Shown here: positions 26,361 through 41,917 of the stretch, in pieces
Position numbering within the stretch: position 1 is the first letter of the stretch
How the letters are laid out: each line of letters starts with the position of its first letter
Source of the DNA: Chrysomallon squamiferum
Lineage: Eukaryota; Animalia; Mollusca
Length of the DNA: 64,000 nt
NCBI GenBank assembly: GCA_012295275.1
Contig: CM022671.1
Coordinates: 8,122,001-8,186,000, forward strand
Direction of reading: 5' to 3'
Notes under the pieces: generated by a model
Seen by the model: the letters and a program-made list of their open reading frames with translations, nothing else
Database searches by the model: none
What the model was told of the DNA's origin: nothing
Made by a program: the position numbers and the translations under genes

Positions 26361-28539
26361 CATTTTGTCACCTTATATAGCAAATACTTCTGACAAAGAT
26401 TATTCAAAATAACACTAAGCAATAAGGAAAAAAAAAATAATAACAGGAAAACTATATTTTTAAAAATGACACACACTGGGCTGGAGGTGGGTGTTGAAAA
26501 TAAGACGAGCTGATTGCCAGATAAGAAAACTGAACAAAAACAAACCTCCCACACAAAACCCCCTCTGTAACCCAAAGATGTTAATCTCAATAATAATAAT
26601 AAAAAAACCTCTCATTTCCACCACCACCACAGAAATATATGATTATATCTTTATATACATTCATTTATTATTATCTCTGATCGTACAATTTTTATTTTTT
26701 TTATTTTTTTTATTAAGAATTGATTTAATTAGAATTTTAGTTTATTTGATTTAAAACCAGATAAATTAGTTATGTGTATTGTATGTTCTAATTCATACTA
26801 ATGAAAATACCAGTTTGGACCAGTTTACATGTAATTCTAGTTAAGTGACATTTTAACAATATATGACAGACTGCAGTAGAGAAGTCAGACACAACTTGTT
26901 TATCGAGTAACTAATTTAGCCTTACAGAATACTGTGGCACACATTGTTTGATAAAAATATAATAAATAAATAAATTGTAATAAATAGCTAAATAAACAAA
27001 CAAACAAACAAATTAAACAATTGATTAATTAAAAATTAAAGAAAACCTGAATAAAACACAAAGTTACAGCATGAATAAAAACAGACAGAAAGAAACACAA
27101 TACTGTCCAGTGACTTTTACAGTAATTAGTAGAAAAATTATTATTTGTGTTTAGAACTGTGACATGATCTAATCACTAAGATAGCTTGTTATATAAGGCT
27201 AATAATGTCATTATAATTCATGAAATCAGTGTGTTTTGTTGCACCTTTAGTTTGCAGTAACATTTCCCCTAAAACAGTGACTTAAATAGAAGTAATGTTT
27301 TGTTGTACTAGGTTGTTAACTGTTATGATTTATGTATTCCCACAACAAGATGCTGATGAATGAAATCAGTATTTCTTTCTGTACCTTGGTTTGCAATAAC
27401 ATTTAAAAAAAAAAAAAAAAAAAAAAAACCAATGTGTGTAAATTGAAAACATAATATGTATGTATATTCTACAGTAATTATGATTCATATATTCTCAAGA
27501 TGCAATTCTCTGCATGCAGTCAGTTTATCCTGCTGCTCCTTCAGATTGCAGTATTCCCTGGAAAAAGATGTCTAAGACTAACAGGAAGAAATACAGACAT
27601 ATTATAGAGATATAGATATAAGTATAGATACAGATACTAGTATAGATAGATATATTTAGAGAGAAAGAGAGAGATCTTTTTTTGAAATACTGGAGATCGA
27701 AACAAAAATAAACTGACAAGGAAATTAGTCCACTTAGTTGGTACCAATATTGGTGTTACAGCCTATACTGAACAAAGATGAAGTGAATAATCAATACAAA
27801 TTTAATAACAGCACCTTAAACAAAAAACCAAACAAAAAAGTAATGCTACATTTTTATTGTCTGTATAAAAATGCTGTTTTATTTCCCCAAAGAACCGGAA
27901 ATTAAAACTTTACTAGAACTTTTATTTAAAAAAAAAATAATAAAAAACATTTAACAGAATCATTCTTGAATTTATTAACAGCAAGAAGAAGACCAATACA
28001 TATGTTTCTGTTTATGTCTATCTTCATGTTGATAGTACTTCTAGTGTTACATTCTTAACTGGTTTTTACTTCATAGTTAAGAAAAGGTCAGGTCTCTCTT
28101 TGTTTCTTTGCTTTTGGTGTATATATTATTTCAGAAAGATTTAAAATAATGATAATAAAATATAAAGAATACAAACAAATGCTGGGATACAATGTTTACC
28201 AGTGAGACAGCTGTAAACTGTATTTCTTCAGTAATTAAAGCTCAGTTCAAACCTCTGTTTCATTACAGATGAATCAGTCCAGATCTTGGTAAGGTTACGT
28301 CGACACTACCAACCAGGAGGAGATTTAACAATCAGTTTCCAATGGATCAAGCACTTTATGATGTGGAATTTGCCTTCAGTCATGGATGAATAGATTGAAC
28401 AACAAAGTAGATAAGAGTGAAAAATAAACCAGCTGAACAAATACAAAACCAAAAATATTAATTTATTTTTAAAGAAATTCTTTTCATTTTCCCTTTGCAA
28501 TTCCATTTGAATATTAAATAATGTAGTATCTTTGAAGAA

Positions 28540-28542
<3 letters not shown>

Positions 28543-28571
<29 letters not shown>
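28543..28571. repeat. (TG)n microsatellite
   Basis: Directly visible. Confidence 0.9.
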
Positions 28572-28576
<5 letters not shown>

Positions 28577-31333
28577 GATCTTGAGTGATCGTTTACTTAC
28601 AAGAATATTTTCTAACAAAATTTTAATGATTGCAACAAAAAACACCTAAATGAAATATGTTTCTCTGCTCTGTTTAATTCTTCAGAACTCCAGACTTCCA
28701 CTCTTTTTTTTTATAATTTCAAGTTTCAAATGAAAGGTCATACACATTTACGAAGATTACCCTTTTAAAAACACAAAACCCTAATTCTCTGCAAAGAGGT
28801 CTACTTGTACCACTGAAATCAATGATTTTTCTATTCAGATATTTCTCTTCATTACATCTGATTGGAACCATGCACTGAAAGATAATGTTAAGGTTTCAAT
28901 TCTCAGCCCTAATGAACAACCTACAATTTTCTTGAAAACAAATTCTTAATAGAACGTATTGGTAAAGTGCTTTATTCTGTGAGTTTTCAATTACTTAAAA
29001 TATGCTCCAACTAATCACTGTTTTACTCATTATCTTTTATGTTCTGCAAGATGTTATGAAAGAGAAAAAAAAAAAAACACACATCACTCATCAGCAGAGT
29101 TTAATGACTGTCATAATAATAATTTATAATTTGTCTATCTATCTGATGCAGTAAATCTTCAAAACAAATTTTCAAGAGAAATTTTGCCCCGAGTGAAATA
29201 TTACTAAGTAACTTGTTATTCTGTCACCAACCTGCTTATCCCCAGGCTTTAGACAGCATGTCCCAGATATCTGATGCAGGGTTACCAAGGACAAGCTAAT
29301 ATTATAAACCATCATACAGCATCAAAGAAATAAGCCTATTAAAATTACACTTCTTCCTTTTTATTGAATCCTTCCTATGAGATCACTGTTACATGTGAAG
29401 TTATCAGAGTTCTTTATACCTTATAATGTTGTGTTACTAAAGTGCCTTGAACATATATTAATAATGTTTGCAGTAAATTTCTGTATGTTCGAATTTTAAT
29501 TAATTATTACTGCAAGAACTTCTCTCTCTTTCTCTCTATGCTTATTATGCATATGACATAATTGCCTGCCCACACCCACACCCACACTCAAAATAAATGC
29601 TAAAATAAACAGAAACAGCAAAATAAAGAAGTCAGATGAAAAAATATATCGACATTTAAAAGCTGTTGTTAAAAACAAAGCTACATTTTTAAATTCAGAA
29701 TGAAACATCTGGTCTATTTTCTTAGAAAGGAGGACTCAAAAGGACAGACTCATGAAACAATGTTTCCCTATAGGAAGTATTAAAATGTTGTCAGAAATCT
29801 CCACTTCACATGTCCAGGTCATATCCTGACACATTCAGCTCCAGCTGCACTTTATGATGGCAGGAAACTTTTATTATTGTCAGCCTGGACTTGTGTAGAA
29901 TAATATACACAGATGACTTTTGTGTGCTGTCATTATTAAACTCTCTTGTCATTTTGTTTCAAACTGTTTTTGGACTTTATATTATGAATTACAGAATAAT
30001 TATATCTAGTTTAAAAATAAAATATAGCATAAATAAAATAATAATACAGTATGTCTATCTTAATATATCACTATAAGCTATGTTATGAACTAATAAACAG
30101 GAAATTTAAATTGTTTAAATTTTAACAAAAAACTATTAAAGGGAATTAAACTCAGCTAAGATAATTAACAAAAGTATTTTTCTTTCAGTCTAGTAAACAA
30201 TGGATATACAGTAACATTTTAAGATATAGGCTTCAAGTTTTAATTGTGATAGGAAAACAGAAAGCTATATTTGTGTGTGTGTGTGCATGTGCAAAAAATA
30301 ATTTTCCTGTGTATAGCTGTCAAACTAAGAACAGAGGATGTAAATCTGAATTGACCTTAGAACAATTTTTTTTTTTTTGATAGCCATAAATTATTTTCTT
30401 AAACTGGAATTCTAAAGGCAGTATTAAGCACTAACAGAAAAATGCATTAAGATCTATGTTGTTGATTTCCACTGAAGACTGTCAGAATTACAAGACAGTA
30501 AAAAGTGAAAGCAAATTAAAAAATATATAATGTGGTTTTATCATTAAATAACTCCAACTGTTATTTTAATTAACATAAATATTAACATAAAATGTTAGCT
30601 GACAACTTAAACGCCATGCAGAGCATTAAAACTGTCACAGAAATATAAAATATATTTTAAACAACACATAAAAATTATATATTTTGAAGCTCAACCCTGC
30701 AGTTTACCTGATATTTAAAATCAGATATTTATCTGATAAGAGTATTTACATTCATCAGAATAAAATCAATAAATAATTTCCCTTAACCCTCTAAATATAA
30801 AATAACACCTGTTGGTTTGATTTATCTTGATCTGTCGATTTTATTCTCAATGCAGCAGTTTAAATAAATGAGATTTAAATCTTCTGTCTGGTGTTATAAT
30901 TAGGTTATAGATACTGACTTTACTAATGCACCTGGGTTTCAAGTGTCTATTCTGTCTTCTTATTTGATTGTGTGAAAAACCAGGCCTGCTTAGAAAATTT
31001 AATTGTATGGCCAGATGTGGTGCAGAATAAAAATCGAAATTAAATAAAAAATAAAAACCTAAGTACGTTAGCACATTTGTAGACTTAAAATTGTGTTAAA
31101 CATACTAAATCTTTAAATTAACACAAGAGAATTTTTTAACTTTCATATAATTATGAATTCTCTATCAAATCTGACTGCCAAAGACTGGCTGAAAAACAGC
31201 TCTAATGTTGAAGAAAAAGGTATAGATAAAAGTGTGTGGGGGGGGTTTGTTGTTGTTTTTAAATTTTAATTTTGCTGATGATTAAAAGCAAATAGTAACA
31301 CAGTCCATGTTTCAACCAACATTTAACCAACTA

Positions 31334-31503
31334 ATTTCAAAACACAAGTTGAACTAGCTTTTCTAGACAATACTGCAAGGTAATAGAAGATATTTTAATA
31401 ACTTTTTGGTTAAAATCTTTCATTTGACTCAAAACGATTCCAAGTTTCAAGTAGCTCTCAGACTGTTTAAAGAAAATACTAACCTCTCTAAAGTATCAAG
31501 GAC
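31334..31503 (+). repeat. Direct repeat copy 1 (copy 2 at 33201-33314)
   Basis: ctagacaata(c/a)tgcaaggtaa(t/c)agaagatattttaataactt and aagaaaatac..acctctct...gtatcaaggac are shared with copy 2. Confidence 0.85.
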
Positions 31504-31907
31504 AAAAATGTCTTCTAGCTTAAAGGCAAATGTATGAGGCTAGTTTGAAAACAAGTCAATTATAAATACTACACAGATGAAATCTCGAAACCAATAAAAC
31601 TACAGATAACCATGCAAGACAACATCTTGAAAACCACATGCTATGTCATTAGCTGCATTGAAGACTGTGTTTGTATCTCTGCTATAATATAGACAGAAGG
31701 CCAAATATCATCATAACATCCAAAGAGAGGTTAAAAACCTGCACATGGTAAGATAGATCCATGAATTCAACACTTCAGTTTATCTCAAATATCAAAATAA
31801 TATGAAGATTTTTTTTTCATTTGAAAAAATATGCTAACAGTTATTTTGTATATCTGTAATATGTGAAACTGATTTTTCTGTTAACGTAATTAATATACTC
31901 TCACTCA

Positions 31908-31911
<4 letters not shown>

Positions 31912-31953
<42 letters not shown>
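31912..31953. repeat. (CA)n microsatellite
   Basis: Directly visible. Confidence 0.95.
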
Positions 31954-31955
<2 letters not shown>

Positions 31956-33200
31956 GTAAGTGTATGAATGGTACCTTAAAAAACTAAAAAAATCATTTCA
32001 TTTTAAATTTATTTCTCCTAGTTTAATTAATACATGTTATACACTTGGAATTAAATATTTTAAAAGTCAAATTTATGCTTTTGTCCAATATTAATAAATG
32101 TTGGCTACATCAGAAAACTTTTCATTGGAATCACTATTTCTGTGTATTGTTTACTACTACTGTGTAACTGATCAAACCTGGAATAACATGTATTTCAGTT
32201 TGTTTGAAAATTCTCTTATTTATAGTCAAATACAGTATATTCATACTTTGAAATGTAAAGCCAACAGTTTTATTAGTTAAACAAGAAAATACTCACTATA
32301 AAAGACTTATGATATAAATATTGAAAAAAAAAAAAAAAAAAAAAAAAAAAGAAGATTGGTGTTTTCAAAGAAAAGATAACTGCTAATGTTGGCTGAACTG
32401 TAACTTTAGGCAAACATCCAGATATTAATTAAATCATTACAGGTAAAAGTAATAACATCTGTGCTAAGAAAAAACTACTTGAACCAAAGAGCTTTTTCAT
32501 CCATGTTAGAAGCAAGGTCTTTCAAAACACTTGTTGTGTTCATAATCAGAAACAGCTTCTGTATATTGTAGCAAGTGCCTTTAATGTGTACAGAGCAAGA
32601 GCTCATTTTTGTTAATTATCACTTGTAAAAACATATACTAGTTTCAGTACATCTACATGTATTATGACTTTAAAAATGTTATCAAGCACAATAAAACAAA
32701 TAATTTAATAACATAATCAGTTTGTACAGCTTATTTTTCCAATTTTCCAATGTTCAAGTTAATCTATTAATTATTTTAAACAATGTTTAAATCTGACTGA
32801 TTTATTTTTAACATATTCACTATTATGTTTATATTTATTTTAATATGTTCATGTCTGTGTCTTTTTTATATTTAAGTTTTATATATTTACAAAATAAATA
32901 AATAAATAAATCAAACTGGAACATGATCACTGGCACATACACACACTGAATATCAGCGTCACTAAGGTAACAGTGCACCGACTAACCTGACCTGATGACA
33001 GAAACAATGACACAAAAAATATATCAGCTGTTTAAAAAAGAAAACCTCAAGGGATATAAAGCACACAAGCAATATACTTGATGTGACATTTAAATGCACT
33101 TATAAGAAACTGTGACACTGCCAATGGTTTAATGTCTCATTAATTAACCTGAGCTAGTTTAAAATGTTAGTCTGTATTTTATTTGTGTTATATTGTTAAA

Positions 33201-33314
33201 ATTTCAAAACTTATTCTGAACTGGATACTTCTAGACAATAATGCAAGGTAACAGAAGATATTTTAATAACTTATTGGGTAAAGAAAATACCTACCTCTCT
33301 TGAGTATCAAGGAC
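33201..33314 (+). repeat. Direct repeat copy 2, lacking 57 nt present in copy 1
   Basis: Collinear with 31334-31503. Confidence 0.85.
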
Positions 33315-34308
33315 TTGAGTGTATGATAATGAAATAAATAATGTGGTACTGTAATGTCACAAAGTTGGAAGTAGTTTTTAAATATGTTATTCACAACTCG
33401 AAGACAATATAAATCTGGAATATAACACAAGGATTTAACACATAGCAGACAACCGTGAACATTTAACTGCTTTTTTACTGGATTTCGTTTTTCTTTTTTT
33501 AAGGACATTTTCTTTGTAGTGTTAGCATAAACTGAACAGCAATGCCATCAATTGGATTGAAAGTGCAAATAAATTTGCCACCTAAGCATCAATAGACCGT
33601 TATTATGCTTTTACAATGAATCCAATCATTATTACTGTATCTCTATCATACTCAGTAGCTCGAATGATTGACCATTGGACAACCTTATGGCCCATGTACT
33701 AGAATTTACGAGAAACACTTGAGTCCTTCCTCTGTTCAGCAACATTAACCATCTACTGGAAGGAAGATTTCAAACAGCTGATAGGAAATTATCTTTTTCA
33801 ATCCATTATTTATTTTGTTTTCTTTTCTTTAAATAATAAATTGTCAAAATAATATACAAGGTATTACTACGCATGCACTAAATTAATTGTCAGTTTATGA
33901 TTACAATCTATACAAACTTTAATGGGTCTTTTTATTATTATTCTCCATTCTAAAGGAAACCTGAAAGAAGGTAAGGTATCATACCTACCCAAAAATCAAA
34001 TTTGAAATATTAAAAAAAAATTAAAATAATAAAAAAATTAAACAAATAACTATGTTTTTAAAAATCATAAATGAAAAAAAAAAAAAAACCCAAAACAACA
34101 AAAAAAAACAACAACAGCAGCTTTATAATAAAAGATTTACTCAGTATTATAAATATTTACTTGGCATCACCTGTTAAATATTTTTCTTTATTTTAATGTA
34201 GAAGCACACAATGTGTTTAAACAGCTATTTACTTATAGTAACTGTCTAAAAACAATGACTCTATTTATATGTACTTATAAAATGAATAAAATATTTTGAT
34301 AAGATTGT

Positions 34309-34497
34309 ATGTATCCTTCTTTCTATCTTTCTACATATCTACATCTGTCAGTCTATGCTTGTATTAGTCTATCTGTCTATCTATCTGTCTGTGGGTCAGT
34401 TAGTTGGTTGGATGATCTATCTATCGATCTGTCTGTCTGTCTGTCTGTCTGTCTATATATATTTATCAATCTATATATCTATATATCAGTATGTCTA

Positions 34498-34528
<31 letters not shown>

Positions 34529-34565
34529 ATATATATATACAGATAAAAAGATATAGATATATATG
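34309..34565. repeat. Degenerate (CTAT)n/(CTGT)n tetranucleotide array with CT/AT tails
   Basis: Directly visible. It explains the SVCL/LSIY ORFs. Confidence 0.85.
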
Positions 34566-37500
34566 CATTATACACTTGGAAGTGAAACATAATCTAATAT
34601 GACAGAAACAAATATATAACTGGTTCAGCTGAGATCTTCAAAACTAAAGCATAGACATCTCAGTCTCAGGATTGAGTTTTACAAGAGTTAACATAATCCT
34701 GTCACTGATAACTGAATCCTTTTGTCTGGAAAACATAATCTTGGCCACACAAGCAACAAGACTTTGAAACAAATCAGAGATTTGTTTTCATGAGCTTTAA
34801 CATCAAACAGAATAAAGTGTTGTGAAGAATTAAAGTCCTGCTGACAATTCCAGATTACCATCAGCAGTGTGCAATATTATGTACAAATGTAGTTGAAATG
34901 TCAGCTGCATTAATGCATTATGAACTTAGATTGGAGTTAGTGATACTGACACACTTCGTTATGTCATTTTAACTTCTTCATATAATATTTAGGATATATA
35001 AAACATACAAAAGTTAAACAATCCAATTACATATTTTATATATATTTTATATATAAGGAGATGTTTATTTGTAATTTCACTTGGTTTTAAAACTTTTGTA
35101 TGTCTGCATTGGATGTCTGTAGATACACACATATACATATGCACAGGCATATTTTCTTAACTGTAAGTACTTGAATTAAATTGGGTGTAATTATTTGCGT
35201 TTACAAGATATTATAAACAAAAGGTGTGCAGCAAATAAACATGTATTGTTAAGAATTATCAGAAGACACACATACTTTATGGATAATGTTTACAGCCAAA
35301 GTCACAACCCTAAGTACTTGTTATAAAGGTACACAATAACAATGTATGCCAATATAATGTTAAGAAAACATAACTACTGATTCATGACAAGTGATAAAGC
35401 AATATCTAAACAGCTATTTCTACAGACACAGTCCTTTAAAAATGTAATTACGTGCTAACAATAAAGCAGAGCAAGGATTAACAGTCTTTTGTTAGTATTT
35501 TCATTGTCATGTTTATGTAACAACAACAAAAGATGTCTTCCATGTTTTGACTGTATACCTGTGTATGTTTCTAGATCCATTTTATAAGTGTTTAACTATG
35601 TAAAACAAAATTAATAAAAAAACAATTTAAAACAACAACAATAATATATTTTTAAAATAGTAAGTATGTTAATGAAAAATCATCTGTGAAGTATATTATT
35701 ATCTCTGTAAACTTATGGTTATAGATGTGAATTTGTATCTGAATGGGAAGGACATGAACAAATTAAATATTAACAGTATAGAACACCAGAGGGCTCTATA
35801 AATATGAGTTCTTTGTGATAATTTTTGTAAATAATATAATTCTAGGCAATCCAAAATGTAGATAGTCACAAAATGATATTAAAAATGTAATTGAATATTA
35901 AACATTTTTTAATTTTTATTTATTTTTTAAATTGTTCCTGTTGTATCATGTATTAAATTGCATTGAAATGTATTTTTGGAAAATTAAAAAACAAAAAACA
36001 ATTAAAAATAAACAAAGAAATAATAATTTTAAAAATGTATCAACTATGCATCAGCACAAGTATGGGTTAAATCCAGTTAAATCAGACAAAAGTATTTCTT
36101 ATTTTTTAACTTAAAACATAATGTTGTGCCACAAATTCAATTTTCATTTCCATGCAGATGGATACATGGTTTCCCATAATCTAATCACATTCACAATGAA
36201 ATCTGTTTTTATTACTCACTCTGGAGTCTGTCATGTAACACATGTCATGCAAACTGGAATTAAATATTGTGACGATTTGCACTTATTTTCATTTCTTTTT
36301 TTTTTTTTTTTTTACACACATCTTTTTTCTTTTCTTTCTCTTTCTTTTTTTAACTAAAAATGAACAAACGAAAAAAAATAATGTAATTGCTACTATCATT
36401 TTTATTATTATTTGGTGATATCTGTTAAATTATGCAACTGTATGTACAGTTTATGCCAACAAACACAGAATACTTGCCAATGAGTATTAATGCAACAAAA
36501 AAAAAAAAAAAAATTTCATTTGTCAGTACTTTTTAAATAATCTATTTCCCATTTATTCTGGATTAAGGCTGAATTAATAAAAGTTAGACCTGTGCTAGTT
36601 ATATTCATTTGCATGAATACATACAACTGAACAATGTGGCAACTTGTATAAAAAGAACAATTGCATTCATCACATCATCTATTAAATAGTATAAACTGAC
36701 CTCTATAAACCAGCCCTCATAATATCTATTACATTTTGTGTTCTATTAACTCAGGTTTTACTATAAAAGTCATTTTGCTTGCAGCTGTATTTTAGAATTA
36801 ACAATGAGAAATATATAATTGTATGTAAGGAAAGGTAGATAAGGAATTAATGTCAGTGAAACAAGTAATGTTATATAATTAATATTAAAGCTCTGTATTA
36901 ATTTCTGACACTGACATGCATTATCTAATTATTTGATTCTAATATTAATGTTTGACATTGACTAATTCTAAATGAAAAGATAAAAATATTTTGAATAAAA
37001 AGATTGTGAACAAAACTATTCATACTGAACAAAATATATCAATTAACAACAGGTTTTTCTTCTTCTTCTTTTTTTTTTTTTTAAAACTTTTTAACACAGC
37101 ATTTCTCAGTGAAAGCCATTTCCTCCATAACAATAAAACTTTATATGAAGATTATTTCATTTGTGTACTTGGAAATGTTTACAAGTGCACAATCTGTGTT
37201 GGAAATTAGTTTCATTTTCAGCTCACATTTGAAAGTGAGTGAGTATTAAAATCAATAAAACAACAGAGAAACAATATTCCCTTTCAGTGATCTGTCTATG
37301 CTTCAGGCACTACATAAATATCACCTAATGACATTTCAATGCACTGACAACTGTCCTTTACTTTATTTGCTTACTGTTGTATATTTTTAAAAATACATGC
37401 ACTCCTCTTTCTTTTGTTACTGTCAAATGTCGCACTTTGTGCACTATTCCACTCTGTAAACAATTTATATAATTTTTTAGATTCGTATTTATTTTAAAAC

Positions 37501-40500
37501 TCATTAGAAATAAAAAGCAATTTTTTCAATTATCTAAATATATTCTGGCATTTTTTATTTTTTTTTTTTTTTTTTTTAGAAATTCAGTTTATTCAGATTT
37601 GAAAATAAGCAAATAAAAAGTATTGCTGATATGTTTTAAACTGTCTTATTACATGTAGATATATTTCAATTCAATATCTGCTCTAAAATAATTGTGGAGA
37701 GAGAGAGAGAAAGAGAATCAACAAATTAGTAACATACAAATAACATTACTCTTCTGGTCTGGTTTTGAGTTGTGTGTTATATATTTGTTTTTATTTAGAG
37801 GCACATCAGTGAACCTTAACAAGCTGGTTTCTGACAACAAATGGCTGGAGTTCTGTGAGTTAACCATTCATGACATGTATGAAAATATGTACACCTTGGC
37901 TAACACAAACAACAAATACAGTTATAGCAACAACAAATCTACGAAGATGAGTTCTGCTTTGATCAGAGTAAATAGTGGGAATCAGTGGTCTGCTAAGAAC
38001 TCTCCAAAAAAGACAACTGTCAACACAAGTCTCTAGAACTAAACCAAACAGATGGTCTATAGATGTCTTTCTGGTTATTTTCATGGTTTATTTTGATGTG
38101 TAAAATAAAACTTCAGTGTTCAAGGTTTAGATGTTACATAAAGGATGTATTTTTGGAAATAGCTGAAATACTAAAAAAAAAAAAAAAAAAAAAAAATAAT
38201 AATAATAATAATTTTAAAAATCTGTATTTCTAGATGAAGGTTGATGTGTTTTATTTTAAATTTTATCTTTTTAGAAAAGCATTAGAAAATCCTTAAAAGT
38301 ACTTACACCATTTACACAATGAATTTTAAGTAAAACAATGACATTCAGAGTTTGTTATTTTTCAATGTTATTAAAAGCTAAAATGTATTTCTATCTATCC
38401 ATTTCACATTCACTGAACATTCACACATATATTTATATGTATACATTATGGGATGATCAGGATTAATATGCTTGTAATGTGAGAAAAATAACCCCCACAG
38501 AGTCCTCTGTGAATATATATTTATGTAATACAGAACTAAAGAAGACTATTTCTTGCATACTACTTTAAGATTAATGGAGACAAATTTGGTCTTTATGACC
38601 ATAATGTGAAAACCAAAGGCCATAAACCTCACCTTGAAAGGAAGAAATGGGGGGAAATGTTTTATTTAACACATTTTATTTTGGAAACATCTAGATAGGT
38701 TGCCTTTTCTTTACACTTATCACATCTACTTAGTGTCAAAAGCTGGTGTAGTTGTCATTCAATAAATATTCATTAATCTGTTCTTATTAAACTATTTAAT
38801 AACCTAGAATAATTATGAAAAAAAAAAATATATATATATATATATTGCTTTTTCTTCTTCTAAAAAAACAACAAAAAACAAATGTTTAAAACTGAAAAAT
38901 AAGTTCTTATCAATGCCCATCCATGCAGGTGCATTTTGACATTTATTATCCTTTATAAGCTAGAAGTAAACAGTGTGTTCTAACTGGGTGTTGATAACAC
39001 AACTTCACAAACCTGTGTTGCTGAGGAAAAAACATTGTCTGGCTTTTGAAGAAGAAATGATATAAAAAGAACACAACCTGTTGACAGTCGGTGACGGAAT
39101 CAATGTGTTGTTTGTGCCCAAAACATGGGAGTGCCATTGTAAGCAAATATCTGCCCATTGTGAGTACATAAATCAAAATACCTGTGCTAAAAGTTCTGTT
39201 TGGACACAACAACACGCTCACAGAGAAGTGCTTGGATCTGAATTTACAGCTCTGAAACTAATGCAAGTACATGCCACTGTGTAAATTAAATACTGAACAT
39301 AAATATCTTAATGCATATTAATTTTTAATAAAAAATGTTGCTGTTGTTCCATGGTTTACTTAAAAGAAGAAATCACTAAAAACAAATAACTATGAAAAAG
39401 AAGCCCTCACTTTCTTAAGTGAAGCTTTTTAGATTTTTGATTAGTTGTTATATAATATACTAATGCAAAAATGAAGTAAGTATATATCAGTTTTAATTTA
39501 TAAACATAAATATTTCATTGTTATTTCCCCCCCCTCTCTTTTCAGGTTAAAAAATATAAAAACATTGTATTCAATTATGTAATCTTCTGGTTTATTTTTT
39601 AAAATTATTTATTATTATTATTTATTATTATTATTTTTTATTGTGATTTGTTTAGTGTTTTTTACATGGACTGCAACAAAATGCACTACCAGAGATTCGA
39701 AATCCTCAATGTATGGATTATATAACTCATCATTCCCCCCAAATCACCATTTTTCAATAAAAAAAGTAAATATATATTTTTTAAATATCTAAAGAAAAAT
39801 CAACTTGTCAACATTAACAAACAAAATAGCATTAAATATAACAAATATTCTTTGTGTCTTTAAAATTATTTTTTAAAAAAAGGAACCAAAGAGTTTATGA
39901 ATTTCACACAGGCCTTTGACAACATTAAAGAAGCAGTAATTTATACTGCTCACAGTTTTAGTTTAATGACTGACCCAGCCTATCAGTCAATCAGATATAA
40001 ATCTGCTGCCCAAAGAGGTATGTGTGAACTGTCCAAGACCTCTACTGTGTGTATTATCTCAAGCATTATGACTAAGACACTATGCATACATGCTGCTGTC
40101 AATCCACACCTCCTGGTAATTATTAATGTAGTCTGTCTGCTTGCAGTATTATTTATAACATCAACATATGCTACCCATACTTAGGAGGAAAAACATAAAC
40201 AACTAAGAAACCTGTTGCACGAACTGTATTTTTTTTTTTTTAAAGAAAATTCAAAGATTGAGAAAGTCAATAAATTCTTTCTTTATAAAGGGACAACAAT
40301 GATAATAATAAAAAAAAACCTTTTTTTAAAATTAAGAAAAATAGAAGAAATGTAATGTGATTTGGGTACAAAATGACGTAAATATTTAAATGATATAACA
40401 AAATGTTAATAACTCACGTGAATAAAAAGTGGGTTTTTTCTTAGTTGATCGTCTCAGAGATGAAGTTCTGTTGAGATAGGGTACAGACAACTCAGACACT

Positions 40501-41917
40501 GGAGAAGTTGCCATTGCGATAATCACAAACGAAAGTAACCAACAACAGAAGAAAAGAGAGAAAAAGTTATGTTGTCACCATGTAAATCCTTGCATTACAT
40601 TCTGATGCATAATGATCTTTGTGCCTGACAAGATATCAAATGGAGAGATCCACATGTAGTACTGAAGTTACCACACACACAGATGAGTCTACTCCTACTA
40701 TGATAAGAGGGGAATATAGGTCACACTTGAATGGAAAAGTCCATAACAACTTCTTAGAACAATCAAGGGGTGGCAGGAACCTGTGTTGACAGAATACAGG
40801 TGTAACCAGCTGATTTTATTCTCACCTTTGTCAGTCAGTTGATTTTTATTCAAAGTGTTTGGAATAAAATAAAAGCTAATGGTATGACTTATTCTGTGAG
40901 AAGTTTATTTTTGTGTAAAAAAGTTAGCTTCTGTTTATCCTGATTACCCTGTAGGATAGATGACAAAATGAGAATGGACTGTTCTGATTAACTGTCCAAC
41001 CAAGCTTGTCACAGCCTGGAAGGAAGGAATCTGAATCCAAGATCTCAGAAATTCTGCATCTGTTGTGTTTGTACTTCATTACACATCTCAATTCACTGCT
41101 AAGTTCTGTACAAATAACCACAGGCAAGAAATTTTAAATACTTCTGTATGAACTATTTTTTATTTAACAACTATAATGTAAAATGTAAAATAAATCTTTT
41201 CATTCGTTAATAAAAAAAAAAAATTATTATTATTATTATTAATCTTTTTTAATATTAAGTTATATTTATTTATTATTATTATTCTTCCATTTTTTCAGTT
41301 TTATTTTTAACAAACCCTCCCCATAAAATCCTGATTAAAATAATTATTTTACCTACGCACACACACGTTTAAGAAATCCTTTCTTAATTATCCATAAAGG
41401 CAGTGAAAAGAGAAATTTCACAGAAAAGCAAAATAAACAGTACTTTGGAGTCGGGTTACTTAATTAAGGACAATATACTGAGCCAACTGCTGGCTTGGCT
41501 TTCAGCTGGCTATCAACATGAAACAAGAGAAACATAACACCTCTGTTTGAGATAAATCCACTCAGATTCCTCTGAGCCTGGTGCCCAGAGGGGCCAGCGC
41601 ACTCAGCCAGTGCTGGTTACTTCAACAGGTGTGAGGTAATACTAATTTGTGTGTTTATTTTGACAGCTAGAGTTACCAGTGCTCTAACCAGACTGTTGGT
41701 TTTACAGAATATACTCGCCAAATCCATTAACAACAGCACTGATACTGTTTGTGATTTATTTATTTTAACTTTGTGTAGAGCAATAAGACATTTATTTATT
41801 TATTTTATTTTATTTTTTTTTTTTCAGTTGTCAATAAATTTATTATTATTATTAAAAAGCTACATATTATCAAAGTATTCTTATACCACTATCGATAATA
41901 ACAGTTACATTAATTGA

